Below, piece after piece: positions 8,602-15,712 of a stretch of DNA of 24,000 bases. A program made the position numbers and the translations under genes. The notes under the pieces were generated by a model that ran no database searches, was not told where the DNA came from, and worked only from the letters and a program-made list of their open reading frames with translations. Position 1 is the stretch's first letter; each line of letters opens with the position of its first letter. This stretch comes from Candidatus Caldarchaeum subterraneum (GTDB lineage: Archaea; Thermoproteota; Nitrososphaeria_A; Caldarchaeales; Caldarchaeaceae): assembly GCA_000270325.1 (NCBI GenBank), contig BA000048.1, forward strand, positions 187,041-211,040, read 5' to 3'.

Positions 8602-9141
8602 TTACTCGCCGCGCCTTAGCATAGATATCATTTTCTTCATCGACGTGTCTATTCTGTATTCTTGTGGTGTTTGAACAGCGACTATTCTCGCCCCCGTCGC
8701 CAAGTCAGCCACATGCAACACACATCGCGAGTATCCTATCTTCTCCGCTTTTCTCGCCACACCCATGGTAATGGCTGGCGCGGAAATCACCATCCTTCCG
8801 GCAGAACCTGTGACGACAGGCTTCTTCACGGGCCCCGCACCTACATAGTCAACGTCGCATCGGTCGACTTCGACGACACGTGGCTGAGCAAGCTCAGCGG
8901 CTTGCGACAGGTCCTGAATTTGAAAGAAATCGTCAGCCTTCACCAGAAACCCCTCCACAGGAGTTCCCGTATACATCCATTCTGGAGGCTGCCGCATCCT
9001 AAAAACCACATCCTCGCCCTCAAGCGTAGACAAGGTAAAAAAGTAAACAACACCATCAGAAACAGCCCTAGCCACCAACCCCGAAACATAGCCCTTAACC
9101 CATCTCCCCGCCGCAGAAGGCTGCCTAGCCACCAACCCCAT
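8602..9141 (-). CDS. Hypothetical protein, first gene of the topoisomerase cluster
   Basis: 179-aa ORF ending 3 nt before the topoisomerase start. I recognise no motif. The N-terminal half is beta-strand-like (VVYFFTLSTLEGEDVVFRM...VEGFLVKADDFFQI). Its coding status is supported mainly by length, position and tight spacing. Confidence 0.55.
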   Translation of the reverse strand: MGLVARQPSAAGRWVKGYVSGLVARAVSDGVVYFFTLSTLEGEDVVFRMRQPPEWMYTGTPVEGFLVKADDFFQIQDLSQAAELAQPRVVEVDRCDVDYVGAGPVKKPVVTGSAGRMVISAPAITMGVARKAEKIGYSRCVLHVADLATGARIVAVQTPQEYRIDTSMKKMISMLRRGE

Positions 9142-9217
9142 CCTAAACCAAACAACCTACATAAAAACCCCCAAACCGGCAAACACCTTAAATCAAGCCA
9201 TGAAAAACGGTTACCGC

Positions 9218-9312
9218 GCCCCGGTAGCTCAGACTGGGAGAGAGAAACAAAAGTTTCCTCCAACGCCCGGCTGAAGACCGGGATGTCGGCGGTTCAAGTC
9301 CGCCCCGGGGCA
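9218..9312 (+). tRNA. tRNA-Phe (anticodon GAA) with a 21-nt non-canonical intron in the D-arm
   Basis: The exons assemble to GCCCCGG-TA-GCTC-AGACTGGGA-GAG|C-G-CCCGG-CTGAAGA-CCGGG-ATGTC-GGCGG-TTCAAGT-CCGCC-CCGGGGC-A (74 nt). The 21 nt at 9243-9263 interrupt the 3' strand of the D stem. Confidence 0.85.
9243..9263 (+). other. tRNA intron (position about 24/25) inside a bulge-helix-bulge motif
   Basis: The 4-bp central helix pairs GGAG (9237-9240) with CTCC (9258-9261). It is flanked by the 3-nt bulges AGA (9241-9243) and AAC (9262-9264). The inner hairpin is GAAAC-AAAA-GTTTC. Cleavage after the second base of each bulge removes exactly the 21 nt needed to restore the D stem. Confidence 0.7.
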
Positions 9313-9472
9313 AACTTGATTTTCGCCATGTGTTCTTCACGCCACCTCAACCAAGCTGGAAAACGAAAAACTATACGATTTTTGGTCGGGTGCTGTTTTG
9401 AACCCTCCTAACTCCCGTGTATGAAATTTGGGTTTTCCCAGACTGGTACTCTGGCCCAGGGTCGAGAGGTTC

Positions 9473-10273
9473 TCAGTCTGTTAGATATCCGCCGTCTACG
9501 ACTAATACTGAACCATTCACGTAGCTTGATAGATCTGAGGCTAGGAAAAGTATGACCCTCGCCACTTCGTCTGGTTCTCCCAACCTTTTCAAAGGTATGC
9601 GTGATATGAAATTCATACCTGTGATGAAGAATCCGAGCTGGAGTCTTTTGAGGGCTTCGTTCCTGACCTTATCTGTCCCGGGTGTATGAATTCCACCGGG
9701 CATAACGGCGTTGACCCTGAAGCCCTTTCCTCCATATTCACGTGCCAGAGCCCTGGTCAGTCCGACGAGGCCGATTTTGCTGACGCCGTAGTGGGTCAGG
9801 CCTTTGACTAGATGGATGACGGCCTCGATAGAGCTGACGTTTACTATCACACCACCCCTATCACCACGCGTTCTAACCATGTGCTGGCACATGTAGAACA
9901 CGGACTTCAAGTTCACATCGAGAGTTCTCTCAAGAAAATCCTCATCAACTTCTAAGAAGTCGCGGAACTCGTATATGCCCGCGTTATTAACCAGAATGTC
10001 CGGAGCCCGCTCCTTCAGGCCGGCCCATAGTTCGTCTATCTCCCTCTTCCTGGACAGGTCTGCTTTTTTCGCCTCAACTTCAACCCCATATCTATCTTTG
10101 ATGGCTGAGGCGACGCTCGTTAGGGAGGGCTCGTTGATGTCCACGAGAACCAGGCTGGCGCCAGCCTCTGCAAACCTCTCCGAGACCGACCTCCCTATCC
10201 CCGAAGCAGCCCCAGTAACCAATGCTTTTCTACCTTTCAGAGAAATTAACTCGGTCAAAGGGGGTGAAGACAT
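9473..10273 (-). CDS. Short-chain dehydrogenase/reductase (classical SDR, FabG/glucose-dehydrogenase-like)
   Basis: 266 aa with the Rossmann motif VTGAASGIGRS, the NNAG motif, the catalytic S...YGVSK (YxxxK) and PGGIHTPG. Confidence 0.9.
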   Translation of the reverse strand: MSSPPLTELISLKGRKALVTGAASGIGRSVSERFAEAGASLVLVDINEPSLTSVASAIKDRYGVEVEAKKADLSRKREIDELWAGLKERAPDILVNNAGIYEFRDFLEVDEDFLERTLDVNLKSVFYMCQHMVRTRGDRGGVIVNVSSIEAVIHLVKGLTHYGVSKIGLVGLTRALAREYGGKGFRVNAVMPGGIHTPGTDKVRNEALKRLQLGFFITGMNFISRIPLKRLGEPDEVARVILFLASDLSSYVNGSVLVVDGGYLTD

Positions 10274-10524
10274 GAGATTACCCCAATATTTTGTATACGA
10301 TGTTTAATAAGAATGTTTCAACCGCAACATCTAACAAGCGGCCCAGCCACAATCTCGCGAATTCAATTATTTTGTGCATGCTTATGGTTCATTTTTTTAA
10401 TGGACCTGGAAAAGTTAGTCATGTTTTCGACGCATGTGTTTGGAAAAATGGAGCTGGGTTAAAGATTATTGGTTGGTCTTGTGTTGTGGTTTTTGTGAGA
10501 GAGGTTGTTTCGGTGGATTGTTTG

Positions 10525-11043
10525 ATGTCGCCTATTGGTTTGGTTTGTTTCGCTTCTACGAGGCGTGGTGTTTTTAGGGTGGTGTGGGGTGTGGGTATGA
10601 ATGCATTTGTCAGGGTCCTCGTTAGGGAGGGAGTCGTTGTTGGGGACGGGGCTGCAGAGGTTAATGATTTGGTCAAGAGACAGCTTGGGGAGTATTTCGA
10701 GGGTGTGAGGCGGGTCTTTAATGTACCGATTGACCTCCGTGTTGCCGGTTTCGCGGGGAAGGTGTTGAACGTTGTCGCCTCCATCCCTTTCGGGGAGGTG
10801 CGGAGCTATAGAGATGTGGCTGTTTCTGTGGGCAGTCCAAAAGCGTACAGGGCTGTTGGAAACGCGGTCGCCCGCAACCCTGTCCCGATAATTATACCTT
10901 GCCACCGAGTAGTGAAATCCGACGGCTCAATCGGACTCTACGGGGGCGATGAGAACGTTAAGGCTTGGCTTCTACGCCACGAAGGAATAACATTATTACC
11001 TGAGAGGTTGCCAGCACTAGCGCGTCTCAAAATAGTAAAATGA
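10525..11043 (+). CDS. ogt: O6-methylguanine-DNA methyltransferase (Ogt/MGMT)
   Basis: Active-site motif IIIPCHRVV, with an upstream SYRDVA...GSPKAYRAVGNAVARNP helix-turn-wing and a C-terminal WLLRHEGI. The ORF track extends to 10291, but that part is low-complexity and sits in the divergent promoter region. The ATG at 10525 (MSPIGLVCF) gives a typical length of about 172 aa. A GTG a few codons upstream cannot be excluded. Confidence 0.85.
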   Translation: MSPIGLVCFASTRRGVFRVVWGVGMNAFVRVLVREGVVVGDGAAEVNDLVKRQLGEYFEGVRRVFNVPIDLRVAGFAGKVLNVVASIPFGEVRSYRDVAVSVGSPKAYRAVGNAVARNPVPIIIPCHRVVKSDGSIGLYGGDENVKAWLLRHEGITLLPERLPALARLKIVK

Positions 11044-11055
11044 CATGCCGTCATC

Positions 11056-11334
11056 CTAGGTATGTCCATCTCTCGTTTTCTGCCTCGATAGCAGGGCTAC
11101 TCCGGCCACGAGACCGGCCATCCATATCGCCAAGTCGATTGCTAATATGGTTGTGTCCACTGTCCAGTGGTCGGTCGCACCCACTATCGTGACGACCGTG
11201 TGGACTGCATATGTTAATGGTATGCCGTAGCGTATGTGGACGTTGTCGGGCCATTCATAGAGCTGTCCGATTGTGAGGGCTGCTATGGCTGCGACAGACC
11301 ATGATATGGCGAAGACTGTCAGGCGGATGTTCAA
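11056..11334 (-). CDS. Small hydrophobic membrane protein (about 3 TM), unknown function
   Basis: 92-aa ORF with a TTG start that overlaps the stop of the upstream Rdx-like gene (TTGA at 11331-11334). It has hydrophobic segments FAISWSVAAIAALTI, VVTIVGA and LAIDLAIWMAGLVAGVALL. Confidence 0.45.
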   Translation of the reverse strand: MNIRLTVFAISWSVAAIAALTIGQLYEWPDNVHIRYGIPLTYAVHTVVTIVGATDHWTVDTTILAIDLAIWMAGLVAGVALLSRQKTRDGHT

Positions 11335-11585
11335 CCATTTAGCCTCTTATCAACCTGTTCAGCTATCTCATCTAGTGTTGGGAATCTTCGCGCCTCGTGG
11401 CGTGAGAAGATTCTTTCTCCATCTATGTAGACTTCGAAGGTTCCGCCGTCGCTTGTGTCAAGGGTGACCGAGAATTTCTTGTTGAGCCTTTGACCGTATC
11501 GGCTGAGAAGGTTTTTGGCCAGCTCTAGAGCAGTCGGTAGATGGCCGCATGGCACACAGTAAACTATTCGCACGTTCACGCCCAT
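11331..11585 (-). CDS. Rdx family (SelW/SelT/SelH-like) thioredoxin-fold protein, Cys form (CVPC)
   Basis: 84 aa. VRIVYCVPCGHLPTALELAKNLL...GGTFEVYIDGERIFSRHEARRFPTLDEI matches the Rdx pattern: a CxxC/U near the N-terminus, GG.FEV, and G.lifSk....FP. Confidence 0.75.
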   Translation of the reverse strand: MGVNVRIVYCVPCGHLPTALELAKNLLSRYGQRLNKKFSVTLDTSDGGTFEVYIDGERIFSRHEARRFPTLDEIAEQVDKRLNG

Positions 11586-11725
11586 GTTTTCGTATGCTAG
11601 AATTTAGAGTTGTAGCTTTTTCCAAAAATGCGCTTGATGAGGTTGTGGATTTATGGGTCGTTGGTGATTGTGTGTAGAGACTTAGAGGTGGATGTTGGAT
11701 AAACTAAGTTTTGTAGGAAATCGCA

Positions 11726-13630
11726 GTGAGGAAATGTTTACGGGTTTCAAACCTAGCAATGTGCGGAGAAATTATTAATGCCAGAGCATTATTGTATCCG
11801 CTGTTCATGGTCCTGTTTTTGAAAATGGCCGCAGCTGTCTTGATGGCCTTGGTGTTAAGCTATTACAACGCACATGTTGGTGATGGAGACTGGCCCAACA
11901 TGAATCATGACCCATATGGGACAAACTACAGTCCTCAGCAAAAAATTACCAAAGATAATGTAAACCGTTTAGATGTAGTCTGGAGTATTGAGATTCCTAG
12001 GTTTATGGATGGGCTGGGCTACGGTGTCATAGGACCGCCCCTAGTTATTGACGGAGTGGTTTACCTCGCTACAAACACACCGTCAATATTGGCAGTGGAA
12101 GCATCAAACGGGAGAATCCTCTGGGAATACAGGCCTAGGCTACAAAAAATTCCTTTAACACCTCCACACATCCATGGCATAAACTATTACAACGGCTTCA
12201 TACTCTACCCTTCACCAGACTGCTCGATAAAGCTGGTTGACGCATCAACAGGGACCGAAAAAGCCTCAATCGACTCCATATGTGATAACGTGCCGGGAAA
12301 TGCCGGAGATTACTCTGTGGAGGCTGCGCCAGTAATGGACGTTGAACGTAATATAATTGTCTGGGGCCCGAGCGCCGCGGGTGGAACGGCGTCCGGAAGA
12401 GGGTTTGTAGCTGGCTTCTCGCTCAATGGAACGATGTTATGGCGCTTGTTTATCACACCCCCCGCCGGGGGCGACCAACTGTGGGACTTCAGATACGTTG
12501 TCGAACGCGGTGGCAGGTTCTTCGAGGGGCGAGCCAAAGGTAACGTTGAGCCGATGTTAGGGGACTGGGGCGACTTGGGTCTTCGAGACGGTAGGACAAG
12601 AGCTGGAGCGGGTCTATCTTTTGGACACATCTCGGTAGACTCTGAAAGTGGTGTAGCGTATGTGTCGACATCCAACCCGAAGCCTGACTGGAATGCAACA
12701 TACAGGCCTGGTCCAAACCTCTACTCCAGCTCGGTCATAGCCATCAACATCACCACCGGTGATATGCTTTGGTTTTATCAAGTGGTGTCCCATGATTTCT
12801 ATGACCATGACTGTGCATGGAACACAGTTCTAGCAAAAACTCTTAACATGGTCATCAAGGGCTGCAAAAACGGGGAATTGGTGGCGCTAAACGCTTCTAA
12901 CGGTGATTTACTTTGGAGATTCAACCCACAATCACTGGTGAAAACAATTCAACCGAGCATCATGAAGAGGTGGCATAACGACCCCTCTGACCAGAGCTTC
13001 CTACAATGTCCTGGAGCATTTGGCGGAATAGAATCCGATATCGCTCTAGCCTATGGAAAAGTGTTTGTCGCGGTTATGAACCTTTGCACTGTCCATGTTC
13101 CCACGCCAGTGGAACAGTATGGGGAGGTTGTTAAAGGCTCGGTATACAACATCGCTCCAACACCCATCAACACTACGATATATGCCGTCGACCTGTCTAA
13201 TGGTGAGGTGAAGTGGAGTTTCTTCGTAGACTCGGCTTACAGGGGCTGGCTTACGGCCACAGGTGGAATGGTCATAGCATCAACAGTAAACAGGGGGATG
13301 ATTTTCCTTGACGCCGAGACTGGGAAACCTATACATAGCATCAGCTTAGACGGAACCTTGAGAACCGGCGCCGTCGTCGGAAGAGACGGCGAAGGCCGAT
13401 ACGTTATACTTCAGCTAGTCGAAAAACAAGGCCAATTCGGTGAAACAGGCTCTAAACAATTTTTAGTCGCTCTAAGTCTTGGCGAAGAGAGGACAGAACC
13501 TTGGGCTATAACATTGATCTTCATCGCTGCAGCAGTTACCTTGGTTTTCTTAAAACTCCGGCTGAGAAAAAGATGGACAAAGCTAACCCCAGTATCAAGG
13601 CTGCGAAAACATATGGTGCTAAGAGGCTGA
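11726..13630 (+). CDS. PQQ-dependent dehydrogenase family beta-propeller protein with an N-terminal signal/anchor and a C-terminal TM anchor
   Basis: DWPNMNHDPYGTNYSPQQKITKDNVNRLDVVWS matches the quinoprotein N-terminal signature (W..yg.d..g.RYSPL.qI...NV..L...W). GPPLVIDGVVYLATNTPSILAVEASNGRILWEY and HDFYDHDCAWNTVL match propeller blades and the hD.wD.D block. NGELVALNASNGDLLWRF is also present. The C-terminus ITLIFIAAAVTLVFLKLRLRKR is a TM segment plus a basic tail. The likely true start is Met at about 11807 (MVLFLKMAAAVLMALVL). Confidence 0.8.
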   Translation: MRKCLRVSNLAMCGEIINARALLYPLFMVLFLKMAAAVLMALVLSYYNAHVGDGDWPNMNHDPYGTNYSPQQKITKDNVNRLDVVWSIEIPRFMDGLGYGVIGPPLVIDGVVYLATNTPSILAVEASNGRILWEYRPRLQKIPLTPPHIHGINYYNGFILYPSPDCSIKLVDASTGTEKASIDSICDNVPGNAGDYSVEAAPVMDVERNIIVWGPSAAGGTASGRGFVAGFSLNGTMLWRLFITPPAGGDQLWDFRYVVERGGRFFEGRAKGNVEPMLGDWGDLGLRDGRTRAGAGLSFGHISVDSESGVAYVSTSNPKPDWNATYRPGPNLYSSSVIAINITTGDMLWFYQVVSHDFYDHDCAWNTVLAKTLNMVIKGCKNGELVALNASNGDLLWRFNPQSLVKTIQPSIMKRWHNDPSDQSFLQCPGAFGGIESDIALAYGKVFVAVMNLCTVHVPTPVEQYGEVVKGSVYNIAPTPINTTIYAVDLSNGEVKWSFFVDSAYRGWLTATGGMVIASTVNRGMIFLDAETGKPIHSISLDGTLRTGAVVGRDGEGRYVILQLVEKQGQFGETGSKQFLVALSLGEERTEPWAITLIFIAAAVTLVFLKLRLRKRWTKLTPVSRLRKHMVLRG

Positions 13631-14243
13631 GGTTCCAGAAAAAGTCTTTCACAGAGTCATGAACAATATCAGCTCTTCTGCTGTAGAGTGCAGACCACTG
13701 GGGGAAAACCGTCGCTCCTTGGCCCTCAGCCTCGAATTCTCTAAAGTCCCAGTTCTCGAGCTTAATACGCCAGCCTTCTGAAGTCTGCTTCAAAACATAG
13801 ACAGCATAAGCCCGGCCCACGAATCGGCCGATTATGGAATTATGTCCCTCTATCTCAAGCTCGTATTCGACCCTCGAAGTCCCGTCTCCCATCAAACTAC
13901 TGTTCATCCCAGCCTGTCTCAGAACCACTTTGTCTGAATTAGTTAGCACTGTGGTTAGAAACGCTCTTATGGTGTTAACACCTCTGTAGCGTCCCGCCAA
14001 TCCCCCGCTTTCGCCAGACCAAACTAATTCCGCGTCACCTTCATAGTTGTTGAGAAGCATCGCTACATCCCTTCTGCCGAACGCCTCCAAATGCTCTGAC
14101 ACAAACTCATGAGGAGACTCCCGTAAAGTAGCCGCTGTTCCCGTTGTAATTCCTTTCGGCTGTTGCGTTGTAGCGATTAGGAAAAACGATGCAGCAGCAG
14201 AAACAAACACAATGATCGCCACGACGATGGCCGCTCGCTCCAT
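13536..14243 (-). CDS. Membrane protein with an NTF2/SnoaL-like domain flanked by N- and C-terminal TM helices
   Basis: 235 aa. The N-terminal TM is AAIVVAIIVFVSAAASFFLIA. The central region (FVSEHLEAFGRRDVAMLLNNYEGDAELVWSG...YVLKQTSEGWRIKLENW) has the pattern of SnoaL/NTF2-like cone domains. The C-terminal TM is LLAPYVFAALILGLALSIFF. It overlaps the convergent quinoprotein gene by 95 nt. Confidence 0.6.
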   Translation of the reverse strand: MERAAIVVAIIVFVSAAASFFLIATTQQPKGITTGTAATLRESPHEFVSEHLEAFGRRDVAMLLNNYEGDAELVWSGESGGLAGRYRGVNTIRAFLTTVLTNSDKVVLRQAGMNSSLMGDGTSRVEYELEIEGHNSIIGRFVGRAYAVYVLKQTSEGWRIKLENWDFREFEAEGQGATVFPQWSALYSRRADIVHDSVKDFFWNLSLLAPYVFAALILGLALSIFFSAGVLRKPR

Positions 14244-14504
14244 GCTCGGTTAACAGCTCCTCTCATCCATGCTTTTAAACCACACGCAACAACACATGAA
14301 AAATGAACCAGGCCAAGAAAAAGCAGCATTCTTGAGAACAACTGAAGTTCGTCGTTGTTGTTGGCTATGTATTTCTAAACCTTGTTATCCAGGTTTGTTA
14401 AGGAGTTTTTTGCCAACTGATGTATACCTTTGGGCAGACGTGGCGGTGGTCGCCCTAGCAGAGGCATCGGCATCCAAAGTCAGAAGAAAATGAACAACAC
14501 CCAC

Positions 14505-15113
14505 TCATTTTACTATGAATGCGTTTTCCATCCTTTGAAAGGGATGACCATATCCACAGTATATTTGGCAGTATATCGTGTAGCTTCCAGGTTTGTCTGC
14601 AACAAATCTTAACGACCCGATGGCTTCTGCCGCATCCTGCAAAACCTGCTGGAAATCACGAACCTTGTGTTCTCCACCGAAGCATTTTGAGCATGTATAT
14701 GTTCCCATATTGTATCCTTCTATAAAGAGTCCATGGTCTGAGTAGCCTTCAAGATGTGCTTTGACAATCTCCTGCGATATTCTCGGGTCCCCGGGCGGTA
14801 GCTCTCCTATACCCTTTCTATGGGTCCTGTTTTCATACTCAACGTATCTTCCCTCCCTAGACGATAAAACAGGGTCTCTGATTATTACGTAGGCTGGTAT
14901 AAGGTTGATAACCACTTCATCCCCTCTGTTGACAACCATATATGGGATTTCGTTGAAGTTTTCGTCGTAAAAAACATAGCCCCAATAATAGGCAACAACG
15001 TAGAATGTTTTGAGAGGTCTCAGTTTGAAAGGGCTTTGGTCAAGTGTTAAGGAGGCTGAACCAAATAGTACAGCACCTGCCAAAGCTAGAAGAAGTATCC
15101 GTCTCCCATCCAT
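14505..15113 (-). CDS. Secreted or membrane-anchored cupredoxin-fold protein with a CuA-like (COX2-like) metal motif
   Basis: 202 aa with a signal/anchor RRILLLALAGAVLFGSAS. The COX2-like strand order reads FYVVAYYWGYVF...YMVVNRGDEVVINL. SDHGLFI corresponds to the D.iHsf ligand strand. The C-terminal PGSYTIYCQIYCGYGHPFQRM gives C-x3-C-G-x2-H-x4-M. As I recall, canonical CuA is C-x3-C-x3-H-x2-M. No oxidase subunit I gene is nearby. Confidence 0.7.
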   Translation of the reverse strand: MDGRRILLLALAGAVLFGSASLTLDQSPFKLRPLKTFYVVAYYWGYVFYDENFNEIPYMVVNRGDEVVINLIPAYVIIRDPVLSSREGRYVEYENRTHRKGIGELPPGDPRISQEIVKAHLEGYSDHGLFIEGYNMGTYTCSKCFGGEHKVRDFQQVLQDAAEAIGSLRFVADKPGSYTIYCQIYCGYGHPFQRMENAFIVK

Positions 15114-15122
15114 TCTCTGGCC

Positions 15123-15599
15123 CTAGCCGCCTCTCTCGAAGTTTTGTCTAGCTTGGTCGAGGAAGCATGGACCCTGCGAACTCTGGCATCGGCCAGAATA
15201 GGCGTCGCAGAAGGTTGCAGCCGGGCATCCTGCGTCTATTGGTTCGTTGAAACAGAACTCCCATGGCTCGACTACACCGTTGGCGCTGCTTCTCGAAAGC
15301 AGCTCACAGAGCCGTGTCCCCATGTCAGGTGTGCATCTGAAAGGTGGTGCCGCTGAAAACCTTGGCTTAATCGAGTTTAGGAGAGTTTGATACTCCGAGT
15401 CTGTGAGCCTGTCTATCTCTTCGTAGACTTCATTGGGTGTTTTTCCGTTTAGCGTAGAGAAAATTGTCTCGAGGCTGGCCGGTTGCTTTTGTCCACCGTT
15501 TGCCGACAACGCTAAGCTTGGTTGGAGCTGGGCGACAGCCAGAATCAAGGCTCCCGCCGCAATCGTGGCGAACAGAACCAAGGACGTTTTGGCTTTCAA
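15123..15599 (-). CDS. Secreted cysteine-rich protein, unknown function
   Basis: 158 aa with a TTG start preceded by GGTGA (SD-like) about 5 nt upstream. The signal peptide is KTSLVLFATIAAGALILAVAQLQPSLALS. Seven Cys lie in the last about 70 residues (RCTPD..LCELL..FCFNEPIDAGCPAATFCDAYSGRCQSSQGPCF). It ends 9 nt before the cupredoxin gene. Confidence 0.6.
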   Translation of the reverse strand: MKAKTSLVLFATIAAGALILAVAQLQPSLALSANGGQKQPASLETIFSTLNGKTPNEVYEEIDRLTDSEYQTLLNSIKPRFSAAPPFRCTPDMGTRLCELLSRSSANGVVEPWEFCFNEPIDAGCPAATFCDAYSGRCQSSQGPCFLDQARQNFERGG

Positions 15600-15616
15600 A
15601 TTTCACCTTAGTTTAT

Positions 15617-15712
15617 TTACACGTATTTATAAATATTTCCCATCATCATTTTTCTGTCATGGATACCTTCGATTGCCTCGTCGAGAGAATATCTTCCTTC
15701 TTCAGGTTTCAT
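15617..15712 (-). CDS. Candidate unannotated small ORF (31 aa; a 42-aa version starts at 15745)
   Basis: The minus strand reads MKPEEGRYSLDEAIEGIHDRKMMMGNIYKYV*. GGAGA lies 6 nt upstream of its ATG. The ORF ends 17 nt before the SD-preceded start of the Cys-rich gene. It falls below the 60-aa cutoff of the ORF track. There is no homology support. Confidence 0.25.
   Translation of the reverse strand: MKPEEGRYSLDEAIEGIHDRKMMMGNIYKYV

Noticed and set aside
8662-9411. 249-aa + strand ORF spanning the 179-aa gene, the spacer and tRNA-Phe
   Set aside because: It is antisense to a better ORF and runs straight through a tRNA gene. Its product is low-complexity and rich in R, P, H and S (PSPRRRRLPSHQPHPKPNN). 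This is typical of a shadow frame.
10291-10524. N-terminal 78-codon extension of the ogt ORF
   Set aside because: The extension has no Ogt homology and has odd composition (GWSCVVVFV, many Cys, Phe and Val). It lies in the divergent promoter region with the SDR gene. The ATG at 10525 yields a normal-length Ogt.
11628-11702. 24-aa ORF MRLMRLWIYGSLVIVCRDLEVDVG upstream of the quinoprotein gene, considered as a PqqA candidate
   Set aside because: It ends LEVDVG, so the Tyr of the E-x3-Y cross-link motif is absent. I saw no SD or conservation evidence, so it is most likely chance.
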